DNA of 49,448 nt, filler included, from Jimgerdemannia flammicorona (GCA_003990765.1; 2 parts of 2 records of this genome joined end to end with filler, not necessarily neighbours in it), one strand, 5' to 3'. Counted from the first letter of the whole stretch, positions 24,987-37,300 are shown. Numbers and translations are program-made. The notes: generated by a model not told the origin, from the letters alone.

Positions 24987-25195
24987 TTTGGTCCTAATTG
25001 GTAATGTTCTGTTTGTATAGATCTTGTATTCTGTGACTTCGTATTGACTCAGCTTTGTGTGCTGTGACTTCGGTTTGACTCAGCTTCATGATCAAGCAGG
25101 TGATTTCCAGATTTGTTCAGAGGTCGCGTGTGATTTCAGTGGCTTGTTCAGAGGGTGACGTGTAATTTCAGTGGCTTTGAGGTTGTGCGCTTACA
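24987..25195 (-). repeat. Truncated 3' LTR of C
   Basis: Near-identical to 33524-33732; begins tgtaag on the minus strand after the PPT (25196-25209). Confidence 0.9.
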
Positions 25196-25620
25196 ACTCT
25201 CCCCTTCTTAGCTTTCGACGTCCTCGTCGGGGCCTTCTAATTTGTTCTAGTATTGTTACACCATTTGGGAGGTCAAAAGTCCGGTAAGGTCCATTTTCTC
25301 AGAAAGTGGTATGCTCGTAGTACAGTTGCCTAATGCGTTGGATTCACACGTTAAAGGGTCGTGTGTTCAATGCCGTGCGCCGGAAGTGATTCTGACATCA
25401 TTCACTGCTGGAGAATTTCCTCTAAGGAATCTTTTTAAATGTCTACACCTTGTTTCCCACCAGTGGTACGGGGAGAATAGGCTTGCTTTCAGTTTTGCTA
25501 TTTTTCCAGAGGGTCGGTATTCTTGTCTTATTTTGCTGAGTTCTTGGTTTGGTTCACAATAATTATAATGTTCAGGAGGGTAATATATAGTATGTATAGA
25601 TGGGTGCAGAGTTTTTGATT

Positions 25621-28600
25621 CTAGTTGTTCAAGGAATCATATTCCTGAACTAGGTTGGTAGCATTCTGGAGATTGGTCTTGGGTTCCCAGGTTGCATCGT
25701 GGATCGGGTAACCTTTCCATTTGACAAGGTACTCAGGATGGTTCTTATTGTCACATTTGTTGAGAATTTGTTCAACTTCGTACTCTTCTTGGTCATTAAT
25801 GATGACAGGTGCAGGTGGTTCAGTGGTTCAGTTTGGGAATAGTTCGTCATCATTGTCATTGTATCGCTTGAGATGTTGAACATTAAAGACTGGGTGAATC
25901 TTAATGGTGTCTGGTAGTGCCAGTTTGTAGGAGGTTGGAGAGACTTGTGTAATGACTTCAAATGGTCCAATGAACTTGCTATTCAGCTTTGTGGATGGTC
26001 TGTGCTTGAGGTTGTCAACTCGGTATCCTCTGATGTCTAGTAGGACTTTTTCTCCTATGTCAAAGGTTTCTTCTCGGCGATGTTGGTTAACATACTGTGA
26101 CTGTTGTTCTTGAGCTCGTGATAAATTCTCAATTGCGATCTGGCTTAGATTGCGCATTCGGAGTAGGAATTCTTCAACTGCTTCAACTGTGGAGGGTTCT
26201 TCAGTAGTTCGGATAAGTGTCAAAGGGGTGTTCAGGTTTTGTCCAGTATTAGTGAAGAATGGGGTCATTCCAAGAGAGGCTTGCTTGCTGTTGTTGTAGG
26301 CAAACTCAACTGCGGTAAGGTGTTCATGCCAATCATCTTGTCTATAGGAAATATAGTTCCTTAGCATTTGTTCCAGAGTTCGGTTCATTCTTTCGGTTTG
26401 GCCATCAGTTTCAGGGTGAAAGGCTGTGGATAGTGCAAGTTTCATTCCAAGGTGCGCATGGAGGGCTTTCCAAAAGTGACTGGTGAATTTCGGATCTCGG
26501 TCACTAACAATGATCTTGGGAAGACCATGATAGCGGAAGATGTTATCAAATAAGAGTGTGGCTATGCCTGGTGCTGTTGCAGTAGTGGTAGTAGGTACAA
26601 AGTGGGCTTGTTTGCTGAGATAGTCCACAAAGACAACAATTGCATCCTTCCCATTCTTGGTTCGGGGTAGTTGTACAATGAAGTCCATAGAAATTTGTTC
26701 CCAATTTGCGGATGGTACCAGAATAGGGTGAAGTAAGCCGGGTTTTGCTAGTGTTGAGGACTTGTTTCTTTGGCAGGTATCACAGGAAGTGATGTAGGTT
26801 TTGAGTTGATCTGCCATGCGGGGCCAATAGAAGTTTCGAGAGATAGCTTCATAACATTTATCGAATCCTAAATGTCCAGCTGTAGGGGCATCATGACATT
26901 CGAATAGGATAGTCCTTCGAAGGTCTCAGTTGTTCGGAACATACAGTCTGTCCTTGTAGTAGATAGCATTGTCCTTGAGTTGGTATTGGTTGTACCGGGT
27001 ATGCTTGTCAGCATCATCGTTGTTCAGGATTTCTCGGAGTGCTTGAGCTTCTTTATCATCTACATATGCTGCGATGATTTGTTCCATGATAGTGTTGGTA
27101 ACTATGGTCAGAGTTTGGATAACCTCTTCGATTGGTGGTCTGGAGATTGCATCGGCAACAATATTTTCCTTGCCAGGGTGGTACTGAATTTCATAGTCAA
27201 AGTTGGTGAGGACTTTCATCCATCTGGCTTGCTTTCGAGAAAGGGTAGCCTGGGTCTTGATGTTGACTAATGACTTGTGGTCAGTCAATACGGTGAAGTG
27301 TGCTCCTTCTAGATATGGTCGCCATTTGATCAGAGTGTCTACGATGACTAGCATTTCTTTCTCGTGAGTTGCATAGTTGATTTCAGCATCATTGAACTTG
27401 CGGGAGTGATAGGCCACAGGGTGTCCTTCTTGCATGAGTACTGCTCCAAGAGCTAGGTCAGAGGCATCAGTAGTGACTTCATATAGTAGGGCAGGATTTG
27501 CCGCTTGAAATACTGGTGTGGTTATCAGGGCATCTTTCAGTGCTTGAAAGGCGGTATCTTGTTCGGGTCCCCAATTTACAAGATTGTTGAAGTCTTTCTC
27601 TTGTTTCATGGTCCAGGGTTGTTCTTGCTTCTTGTTGTGCTTGGTCATTTGGGTGAGGGCGGTAGCGATTTTGGCAAAGTTGGCGACAAATCGCCTGTAA
27701 TAGTTTGCTAATCCCAGAAATGACTGGAGGTCCTTCAGCTTCTTTGGTCTGGGCCAATCTTTGATTGCAGAGATTTTGCTGGGGTCCACTTTGATTCCAT
27801 TCGGAGTGACAATGTGTCCAAGGAATTGAATTTCCTTCAGAAGAAATTCACACTTACTGAGTTTTGCAAAGAGTCTGTTTTCTCGGAGTTTCAGTAGTAC
27901 TAGTTCAAGGTGTTCAAGATGTTCTTCCAGGGTCTTGCTGAAGACTAGGATGTCGTCAATATAGACAACAATGAATTTGTCCAGGTATGGATGCAGGATG
28001 GTATTCATCAGTGTCTGGAAGGTTGCTGGAGCATTAGTTAAGCCAAAGGGCATAACCAGGAACTCAAAGTGTCCATAGCGAGTTCAGAAAGCTGTCTTGT
28101 AGATGTCTTCTTCTTTCATGGCAATTTGCCAGTAACCATTTCACAGGTCAAAAGAGCTCATGAATTGTGAGTTGGTAAGTCTATCAAATATTTCATCGAT
28201 CCTCGGTAGTGGGCAACAGTTCTTGATGGTCTGTTCATTGAGATCACGGTAGTCAATGCACATTCACAGGTCTCCTCCTTTCTTGACAACAAAGAGGACT
28301 GGTGCACCATAGGGTGATACGCTGGGTCTGATGAATCCTTGTTCTAGGAGTTCGTCGATTTCCTTCTTGAGTGCATCAATTTCTCTCGGAGACATGTGGT
28401 AGATTGACTTGAAGGCTGGTTTGGCATCTGGGATAGTCTTGATTGCATGGTCTACTGCTCGTTTGGGAGGTAGGCCTTTTGGAAGCTTCTTTGGGAATAT
28501 GTCTCGGAATTTCTGGAGTAGTGGTCTGACATAGCTGTCAACTTTAGAAAAATCCACTTCAGAGTTCTCGGGTTCTCCTTTGGATGGTCGGATGGAGATG

Positions 28601-30753
28601 GCGAAGAGAGGGCATTTCTTGACCAATTTCTTGAGTTGTAGTTTGTTGATGTGGGTGATCTTTGGTCCAGGGTCACTAGAGTTGAGTGGGTCCTTTTCAC
28701 CTTGTAGTTTGAAGTTGTGGCGTCCTTTCTTGATGGTTAGAGAATGGTTTACCCAATCGATCATGGGGTTCTCTTGTTTTAACCATAGAGTCCCAAGGAT
28801 GATTTCGTTGTCAGGAAGTGGTACAATTTGGAGAGTAACATGTACTTGGTAGTCACCAATTCGGAAGGGTAGATTGCGGACTTCTTTGCTAATAACATGT
28901 GAGGTTCCATCGGCTGTAGCAACTGCTTGAGTTTGCTGTACTGGGGAGGTGAAGACCTTGAGTCTGTTGGCTGTCTCTTCATTGATAAAGTTGTCTGAGG
29001 TGCCACTGTCTATCATAATCTTGACAGGTGCTCCGTTGACAAAAGCCTTAAGGGTGAGCAGTTTGTCTGATCCAATGCTGGTGATTTCAGTTGTAGGAGC
29101 TTTCCTTCTGTTGGTTCTTCTTTGAGCCAGTTCATTGACACAAGAGAAGCAATCATCGATCATTCGAGAAGAGTACATTCCAATGCCATGAGGGCATCGG
29201 CCACTTGGTACATATCCATCTTCTATCTTCTTGTAGAATTGTTCTTCTTTGCTCACAGTAGGTTGGGCTGGGGCCTTGTTTGATGAGCCAAATCCTTTGG
29301 ATCCTTGGATAGTAGGTAGTAGTTCAGGGACTTCCTTAACTGTCAGGGTTGACTCGATTTTCTCGAATAGGATCTGAGCGATGCAGAAGCCAATAGGGAT
29401 CTTGAAGGGTATCCAACTGTGGTTTTGAATGAGGACAATAATTTCGCCTGTATAATCTTCGTCAATGACTCCTCCTTCTACTGAGAGTCCTTTCAGTGCT
29501 AGGCTGCTGCGACAGCATATTCTTCCAACATGTCCTTCAGGGATTTGGATACTGATTCTTGTATAGACTTGTTTGACTTCTTGGTTGGAAACTGTAGCTT
29601 CTTCGGCTGCATACAGGTCATATCCGGCTGCTTTTTGACTTCCTTTAGTTGGGGCCTTAGCCGTTTGTCTTAACTTGACAAAGTCTAGTGTTCTGGTGGT
29701 CAGGTTGTTGAGGTGGTGCAGAGTGGTAACAGTTGCTCGTGTTGCTGTTCGGGGTTTTCGGTTGGGGCAGGCACTGGCCATATGTCCTGTCTTTCGGCAA
29801 TAGAAGCATGCTCCACTTCTTCGAAGTTCGTTCCTTTCGCCTTCAGTGAGTTTCTTGAAGGTACTTGGTTGGCTGAGTTCATGATTTCTGGGTGTCCAAG
29901 AGGTGGATGTAGAGGGAGCTCGGGATGCTTTGTGCTTGGGTTCTTCTTTCTTGGTCCAAGTCCTTTCCTTGTTGTTGAATTGCCTTCGAGGCAGAATTGG
30001 TCCAGCTGTTAGGATTTGCTTGACCATAGTCTTGATTCTTACCAGGCACCATTGTTGGTGATCGCAACCAACTGGGTGGCCTTGTTCTCGGATTTTTCTA
30101 GTAAGCCATTCAGGCAGAGCATCGAATAAGTGGTCTACTCTTGTATCATTTCATGCTTCGTCATTGGCAATGTATCCTAGGCCAACAGTGTTCAGGAGTG
30201 ACTCGAGTTTTGTACAGAAGGTTTCAAATTCTTCTTTGCCATGTACATCAAATTTGAGGTTGTGGAGTTTTACTCGAGATTCAGCAATCATTGTTTCGCT
30301 GCGATATTGAGCAATCATGAGTTGTTTGAGTCCAGGGGCTGCAGGATGGACTCCATATCCTGGGGCATTATTTGCTGCATTCTGAGCAACTACTGCAGGT
30401 CGGGTATCCCATGTGAGGGGTTTTTTAGGAAGGGTTCGCCACCATTCTTCGGCAGGTCCTCGGAAGAATGTAACAACTCGGCGGACATAGGCTGTAGTTG
30501 TAGCAAAGAGTTGTTCCAGGGTGTGGTCTTGATTGTTTGTCAGAACGCGGTCAGCAACTCGTTCATTAGTCCATTGATTGGCTTCAAAGTTGGTGTCAAC
30601 TATACTAATGAAGCTTTGGACTTCTTGTGCAGTACCATTGAAGGTAGGTAGGCTCAGATTTTTGGTAGGTCGGGTTTGTTCGGCTAAGGCAGTAATGGTT
30701 GCTGCCATTATAGCTACTTGTGCTATGAGGTCTAGAATCTGTTGGTTCGCCAT
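25621..30753 (-). pseudogene. gag-pol of C (~1710 codons): Gag, CCHC, dUTPase, Cys module, PR, RT, RNase H, IN, chromodomain
   Basis: Four listed ORFs share one frame, with TGA stops at 30151, 28264, 28141, 28084, 26926 and 25828. Motifs: CFYCRKTGHMASAC; AAGYDL/GGVIDEDYTGEI/GSKGFGSS; IDSGT; YIDD; TDASD; HHCC; MDFI...DRD...E; GPF; EYEVEQIL...YLVKWKGYPIHDATWEP. Confidence 0.96.
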
Positions 30754-31657
30754 GTTGTTTACTTGAGGCGGTTGGACTGCTGGTAGTGGTGTTACTGGTA
30801 CTACTTGAGATACTGGTGCAGAGTGTGATGGGGTTCTTTGGGTCTGTGTAAGTTGCTGGAGTAGTAGTTGTGGGTCTGGAGTGAGGGCTTGATAGATAGC
30901 TGTTTGTTGCTGTGTAGGTGTATTCTGTCCTGATGGATGTGTGTCTCCTTCGGTGGTATATCCAGGATTGAATTCAGTGAGATACTCCTCCTCTTCTTCG
31001 GTTTGGTCCCTGTGTAATTGGGTTTGCTCGGCGTCAAAGTAGACAGAATCAGTTGTATATCTGATTTCAGACAGACTTAATTCAAAGTCAAGTTCAGGTT
31101 CGGTATTGGTTTCAGGTTCGGGTAGAGCTGTAGCAGGGCCTGCTTCAGGTTCGGGGTCAGGTAGTTGATGAAGGATTTCTCTTGCTTCTTCCTTAAGAAT
31201 ATGGCGGGCCTTGCTGTTCTGGAATCAGTAGTATAATGCGGTCTTGGTCCTGGTACGGTGATAGTCGGTAGAGTTGAGCCACTTGGCTACAGAGGCTTGG
31301 GCTTCATGAGGAACTAAGACTAGAAAGACTGCTGCTGGTTGTCCTAGGTCGCTCGGATTTGTGGAGCTGACAAAACTCTTGTTGAGAAGAGTAAAGAAGG
31401 CTTCAATAAGACCTTCTTTGTCTTGACTTGCTGGGTGTAGTGCAAGGAGTTCGGTGAATAGGGTTTCGCCTATTTGCTGGTTTAATCAGAGTACTTCCTT
31501 CTTTGAATGAAGTTTATCCCACTTGTTGCAGGTGTGGAGGTCAAATTGTCCTTGTACGTCAGGTTCAGAGGTTGGGCTTTATACCAACTTGTAGGAATTC
31601 TCAGAGGGGTTTGTAGTGGGGTGAGGAAGCGTCTTGAAGCGGAATTGGATTGTAAAC

Positions 31658-31668
31658 CACTGCTACCA
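31658..31668 (-). promoter_or_regulatory. PBS of C (tRNA-iMet type)
   Basis: Minus strand ...cttaca act TGGTAGCAGtg. Confidence 0.8.
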
Positions 31669-31671
31669 AGT

Positions 31672-33732
31672 TGTAAGAGGGTTACTTTTTAGGGTAACCA
31701 TTACGTAGTTCTAGAAGGGTTTTCTGGAAGTTCTGGATATTCTGGAAGACCGTTTTCTTATGGTCAAGATCAATTTCATATGGAGTACGTCCTCTACGCT
31801 TATTGATTTCAAGATCGGGTTGATGTCTCAACCAAAGTCCTTTTCCAGACTAGTTCTGGATGTTCAGGATTTTCCGTATTTCAGGAAGTTCAAGAAACTA
31901 AGACCGGCTTAGTTGAATCAGCGTATTGCTGCAGACAATACCCAATTAGGAAATTTCGTGATGGGGTTAGGAGTAGGACCTAACAGAGAGCGGATTTACT
32001 TAAGAGTGGTTTGTGGGTTATGGAATAGGTTTATTTGCTATTCATAATATTGCTATACTAGGAGTATTTGTGTGAAGGGTATTGTGGGGAAGTATTCAGG
32101 AATGTTCTTGTCTGTTCGAGTCTGAGATTCTGAGGTCTGGGGGAGGGGGTATTTATACTAGTGAGGGGCTATCTGGACTATGCTGAATATGGATGTAGCA
32201 CTAAGTGCCTTGCTGAGTCAGAATGCAGTCACATAGTACAAGTGTGATCTGATATGTCAAGAGATCGTCTGACTGCTGAGTCAGTTCACAGTCACGTCAT
32301 ACAAGGCTAATCTATCTATACTATGACTGCTAGACTATTTATAGGTTTAGGCACTATCTGGGTAGTCCTCGATGACATCACCATCGATTGCATCATCTCT
32401 GATGAAGTAGTCATCTAGGAATAATGGTTCGCGGATTACTTCTCCTTGTTGGCTGAGGTAGTAATATATTGGAACTTCATCTCCATCCCACAGAATAGCA
32501 TCGTCTGTTTCATATGCTGGATAAGGTGTTGGTGGGCGAAGGATGGGTGTACTGTCTTTGCTTTCATCGGATTTGCTATCTGCGTACCTTCTATAGATTA
32601 CAGCACTATGAGTTGTGGGGTTGTAGTAAGCTGGCGGCTGTGATTCAAGTCGCTCGTACTCAGGTGGTGGAGTGGTTGGTTCAATCTCGAGAGTTGTCTG
32701 AAGGTATAGGTTGTGTTCTCCGGTCTCTTCATTGTAGTTGAAGTAATCGGGGGTGAACGTGGGTTGGTATTCGTGCCAGTGGTCATTGTCCCAATAAGTC
32801 TTATATACAGTTATGAACTGTTGTAAGTTCATTGGCAAGGTTGGCGGAGTGATCAGGGTTGGCAGAGATCCTTGGCTAGAGGTCATGTCGGCATCAGAGG
32901 GATCATTGTCTTCTGCTTCGTCTTTATCGAAGTGGATTATATCGTAGACGTCCTTCATAGCGTATCCGACTTGAGGCATTTGCAGAATGTGGTCATCAGG
33001 GTGCGGGAAGGTTCTGTCTGTAGTTTCGACATACTCGAGGTACTTGTGGTTGATTTCTTGTATCATGTCATCGATTTGGCTGTAGGACAGGGTAGCAACC
33101 ATTTCGCTGGTAGTGACTCGGAGGCGGGGAATAAAGGTGTTGTACTCATAGAAGAGTTCTCGATGTTTGTGGGCGATGAGCTTCTGGTGTTGAGACATCT
33201 GGGTAATGTCTGTATCATGGTGGTATTCGACCATGTCTTCCAGGAGGCAGCCGATCTGGTAGTAGCTTGAGATTTGTCCGATTCAGTGGGCCTCGCTAAG
33301 CATGTTCAGGGCGTTCCATCAGGCTTCCACGAAGTAGAGGGGGGCCAGGCTATGGATATTCATGAGGGGCAGAGGGGGTGTAGCTCGGTTGATAATGGCA
33401 TTCCAAATGTCAGCACGGATGCGGTTGTAGATCTCGGTGGTCATATTTGTGTGTTTGGAAGTTGTAGTTGTTGTTTGTTTTGGTTCTCTGATTTGACGCG
33501 TCTCAGTGCTCAGTATATATGCATTTGGTCCTGATTGGTAATGTTCCGTTTGTGTAGATCTTGTGTTCCGTGACTTGGTATTGACTCAGCTTTGTGCGCT
33601 ATGACTTCGGTTTGACTCAGCTTCGTGATCAAGCAGGTGATTTCCAGATTTGTTCAGAGCTCGCGTGTGATTTCAGTGGCTTGTTCAGAGGGTGACGTGT
33701 AATTTCAGTGGCTTTGAGGTTGTATGCTTACA
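31672..33732 (-). repeat. 5' LTR of C (2061 bp)
   Basis: TGTAAG...CTTACA termini. The start matches the 3' LTR remnant and the end abuts the PBS. TATAAATACCCC at ~32146-32157 (minus), the same motif as in B LTRs. Confidence 0.85.
32347..33444 (-). pseudogene. LTR-encoded accessory ORF of C (365 aa)
   Basis: The 295-aa ORF extends in frame to an ATG at 33444 through two TGA codons: MTTEIYNRIRADIWNAII...EA*WNALNMLSEAH*IGQISSYYQIGCLLEDMVEY. CCAAT (~33535) and TATATA (~33515) lie upstream. Confidence 0.8.
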
Positions 33733-34340
33733 CAATCTCCCTAGAGGGGCCCCTCTCTATCTTTTCATACTTGAAAGATACTCTATTACTCACTACTCCA
33801 ACTCTCCTACTACTCTACTTATAGATTTTCTCAACCAAACTATATCACCAACTACCCTGCAGGCTCCAACCAAGCCACCAGCCCATCAAAATGTCCTCCA
33901 ACAGTCCTTCCCATCTCAGCAACCATACTCTCAATTCTAGTCTCCTCTCACTCTCAAAAACAAACAACCAGTGACCTGCCAACCCCACCCATATAACTAT
34001 AATCCAATCTAAAGTGAGTCACTCTGACTCAATCCCTCTCACCAATCTATTCTACAAATTCTCCCATTGGCCCCTCATATCATCTCCCCTATGCACTATA
34101 TCCAATTGATGCCCAACCACTAACCAGAAATTGCCAAGCATTATACACTCTCTCAGCCAATGTTCAGATGTCTGTATAAAATCTCCTTCCTGCCCAATAT
34201 TATAGCACTCCTCACAGTCAAAACTTCTCCCCTCAACTAGATGGTCTGAGCAAAAGTTGAGCATAATATTCCTCTACAACATATATCACCAAACTACCCA
34301 GTACTTTGGTAGCAACCATCACCTGACCTCAGCACTCTAG
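33733..34340 (-). repeat. Repeat R copy flanking C
   Basis: FESERRLELRVWLLRWEGLLEDILMGWWLGWSLQGSW*YSLVEKIYK*SSRRVGVV. Confidence 0.6.
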
Positions 34341-34344
34341 GTCC

Positions 34345-37300
34345 AGACTGGCCTCCTACTATAGAAGATTTATCAAAGGATACTCCAATATTGCAGCACC
34401 TATCTATGAGCTACTGAAGAAGGAGATCAAGTTTAAATGAACTATAAAATATTAAGAAAACTTCAATGAACTCAAGACCAAGTTGACCCAAGTATCCATT
34501 CTCAAAAGATCTAATTGGAATCTAGAGTTCATCCTGCAGACAGATACAAGTACTATAGAACTTAGAGTAGTATTAGCTCAGAAGAAAGATAGACATAAAT
34601 ATGTTATCTCCTATGTAAGCTGAGATATCCATGGAGCAGAACAGAACTATGAGTCATGTAAGCTTAAATGTTTAGCAATAGTCTAAGCAGTAGACAAGTT
34701 TCACTACTATCTAGTCAGAAAATATTTTACTATTCAAACAGACCATTCTACTCTTATCTGGCTATTCCACACTTTGAATCTTAAAGAAATATATATCAGA
34801 TAGATCTACAGACTGTAAGAGTATAACTATACTATCAAATATCACTCAAGAAGAACCAATTCCAATACTGATATACTTTCAAGAATACCCTAAAATATCT
34901 CCATCAAGACTCTTTAACATGAATAAGAAGCTATACTATGGATTAATTAGCTATCTTGGGCAGTAGAAGATGTCCAACTATCTTGAACCCTGGACTATCA
35001 CTATTATTAACTAAACTTGAAAATAATTCAAACTAAACAATACTATACTTAGAAAAAGAGAAAAACTCATCATATCTAAATATAAAAAGTATTAAGTAAT
35101 AAAGGAAGTATACAAACAAGAATACTTAGGAGAAATCAATATATATAATAAGGTAAAAAGAACTATATAGTAGCCTAAGATAGAAGAAGACCTGTATCAA
35201 TTTGTCAAAGAGTATGATAAGTACTAAAAACAGAAACAAGATCAGCAAAACTGAGTATCTAAATCAAATCTATCTCCTTCTACTACATTGCAATAGATAT
35301 CATTGGATCACTACTAGTAACTCTATCAGGAAATTATTATATTATAGTTATTGTAGATCTCTTTACTAAATAGATAGAAGCAGGAGCATTACAAGAAGCC
35401 AATACTCTCTCTATTGCTGACTTTCTATATTGAGAAATCATCTACTACTACAAGATACTAAGAAAAATCACCATAGACTACAGCATAGAATTTATTAATA
35501 GATTCCATGAGATAATGTATCAGAAATATAAGATTTAGCATATCAAGACTACTGTATATCACTCTCAAGAAAATAGATAGATAGAAAGAACAAACAAGAT
35601 CCTCAAGAACATTCTAGCCAAAATCTCAGACATATATGAGAATTGGTATAACTACCTCCCAACTACTCTCTCCATCCTATGAGATATATGGTTACAGAGT
35701 ATACACTTTATCCCAAAAAAACTGCTCTTTGGAGAAGAAGATTCTGATAGAATCTCAGCTACAAATCTAGATCTAACTTGGCAACAGATTGACTCAGAAA
35801 TCCAGAGACTATACCAAATTAGGAAGAAGGTAGAAGATTATATCATCAAGTCACAAGTACTAATAAGAAAGAATATAGAAAAGAATCACAAGACCCTAGA
35901 ACTTATTCAAATCAGAGAAAAGTTCTTACTATATTAAAATATAGTAGAAGTCTCATAGTCATGAAAACTGGAGCCCAAATGAAAAATACCCTTCTATATA
36001 CAAGATATATATCAAGAGAACTATCTTCAGGCTTAAAAAACTCTCAGGAACTATACTGTCTACTATAGTACACAGGAACAGACTTAAAAAATACTATAAA
36101 TCTATATAAGAAAAGTAAAATATAATAACTACTCATAAGATTCTAGTCTACAAATCATAATAGTATATTCTGTAACTAGCAGACAATCTGTCTGGACCAT
36201 TCTCTAAGGGATATAGTACTAGCAACTACTCATCTATAAGACTTTCAAAGCTAGAGAAGTTTGAACTATTAACTGATTAGTCAAGATCAGAATCTGATCT
36301 TTACTCTATATAAAGAGAGCTACTCTTCACTATTATATCAAAATATATAAGGAAGATACCAGCCAATAAACACTACTTTTTAATCCTCTATCAGAGGTTA
36401 TGAGATCAGAAAAAATTTTCAGACTAGACTAATAAATAAAGATATTCAAAAGAAGATTTTTATTCAGGAGAAAGATATATGTAATAGTGATCTCAGAATA
36501 GTGATATCATCATAGGAGATAGTCTTTCATTAGATTAGAGTATAAGAAGATTATATAGTATGACTCACCCAGACTATAAGATAAGTAATGATGATCAACC
36601 TTGAGTCATAATGACCACAAGATAGATATCTCAAGGAATATAAAAGAAGAATCAGAAAACTGCAGTAGCAGTAACTCCAATAAGACTTACAAAAATCTGA
36701 AACAATTCAAAAGACTTACTATAAATAAAATGTCTACCACTTACCAAACTGTAAGGTCCAGGAACTACCAAGGCTTCTCAGTCCAAGAAAGGATGTTCCA
36801 AGACAGCAGGAGAGCTATAAGGATCTGCACTAGAAGGATCTCTAGCCTTAACTTTAGCACTGATAACTCTTATCACTTTATCTTCTACTGCTATAAAATG
36901 GAGACAAGAATCACTACTACTATCAAATATCTCTGGATGTGGTAAGAATACAAATAGGTAGTGCTCTGAATGAGTCAATCTGGATGGATTTGAATCAACC
37001 ATTGTTTTGATTTCTAAATTAGATAATTAAATGTTTACATCAATAACTCAATGAATAATTATCCAAATTTAATGATCTTAATATCATTTGAAAGCCCTTA
37101 ATAAGGCCTTTCTAATGATACTAAGAACATTAAAATCAGATTATACATTGCTGAGATATTAGGGAAAATGTTCTATTTGATAAAATTTCCAAAATTGGCA
37201 AATCAAATAATTTCCAAAATTGGCGATTCAGACATTTTCCTTCATAACTCAGCAATGCATGATCTGATTTCAATGTTCCTGGTGTTATTAGATAGGCCTT

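Larger units (their letters stand above)
24987..33732 (-). mobile_element. Chromodomain- and dUTPase-encoding Ty3/Gypsy chromovirus C, 3' LTR truncated
   Basis: 5' LTR 33732-31672, PBS tggtagcag, single-frame gag-pol, PPT aagaaggggagagt, then only ~209 bp of 3' LTR. Confidence 0.95.

Noticed and set aside
25621..33444. All-TGA stops as an alternative genetic code or selenocysteine readthrough
   Set aside because: Several fall at conserved Arg positions, TGG is used for Trp, and CGA>TGA matches the prevailing mutation bias.
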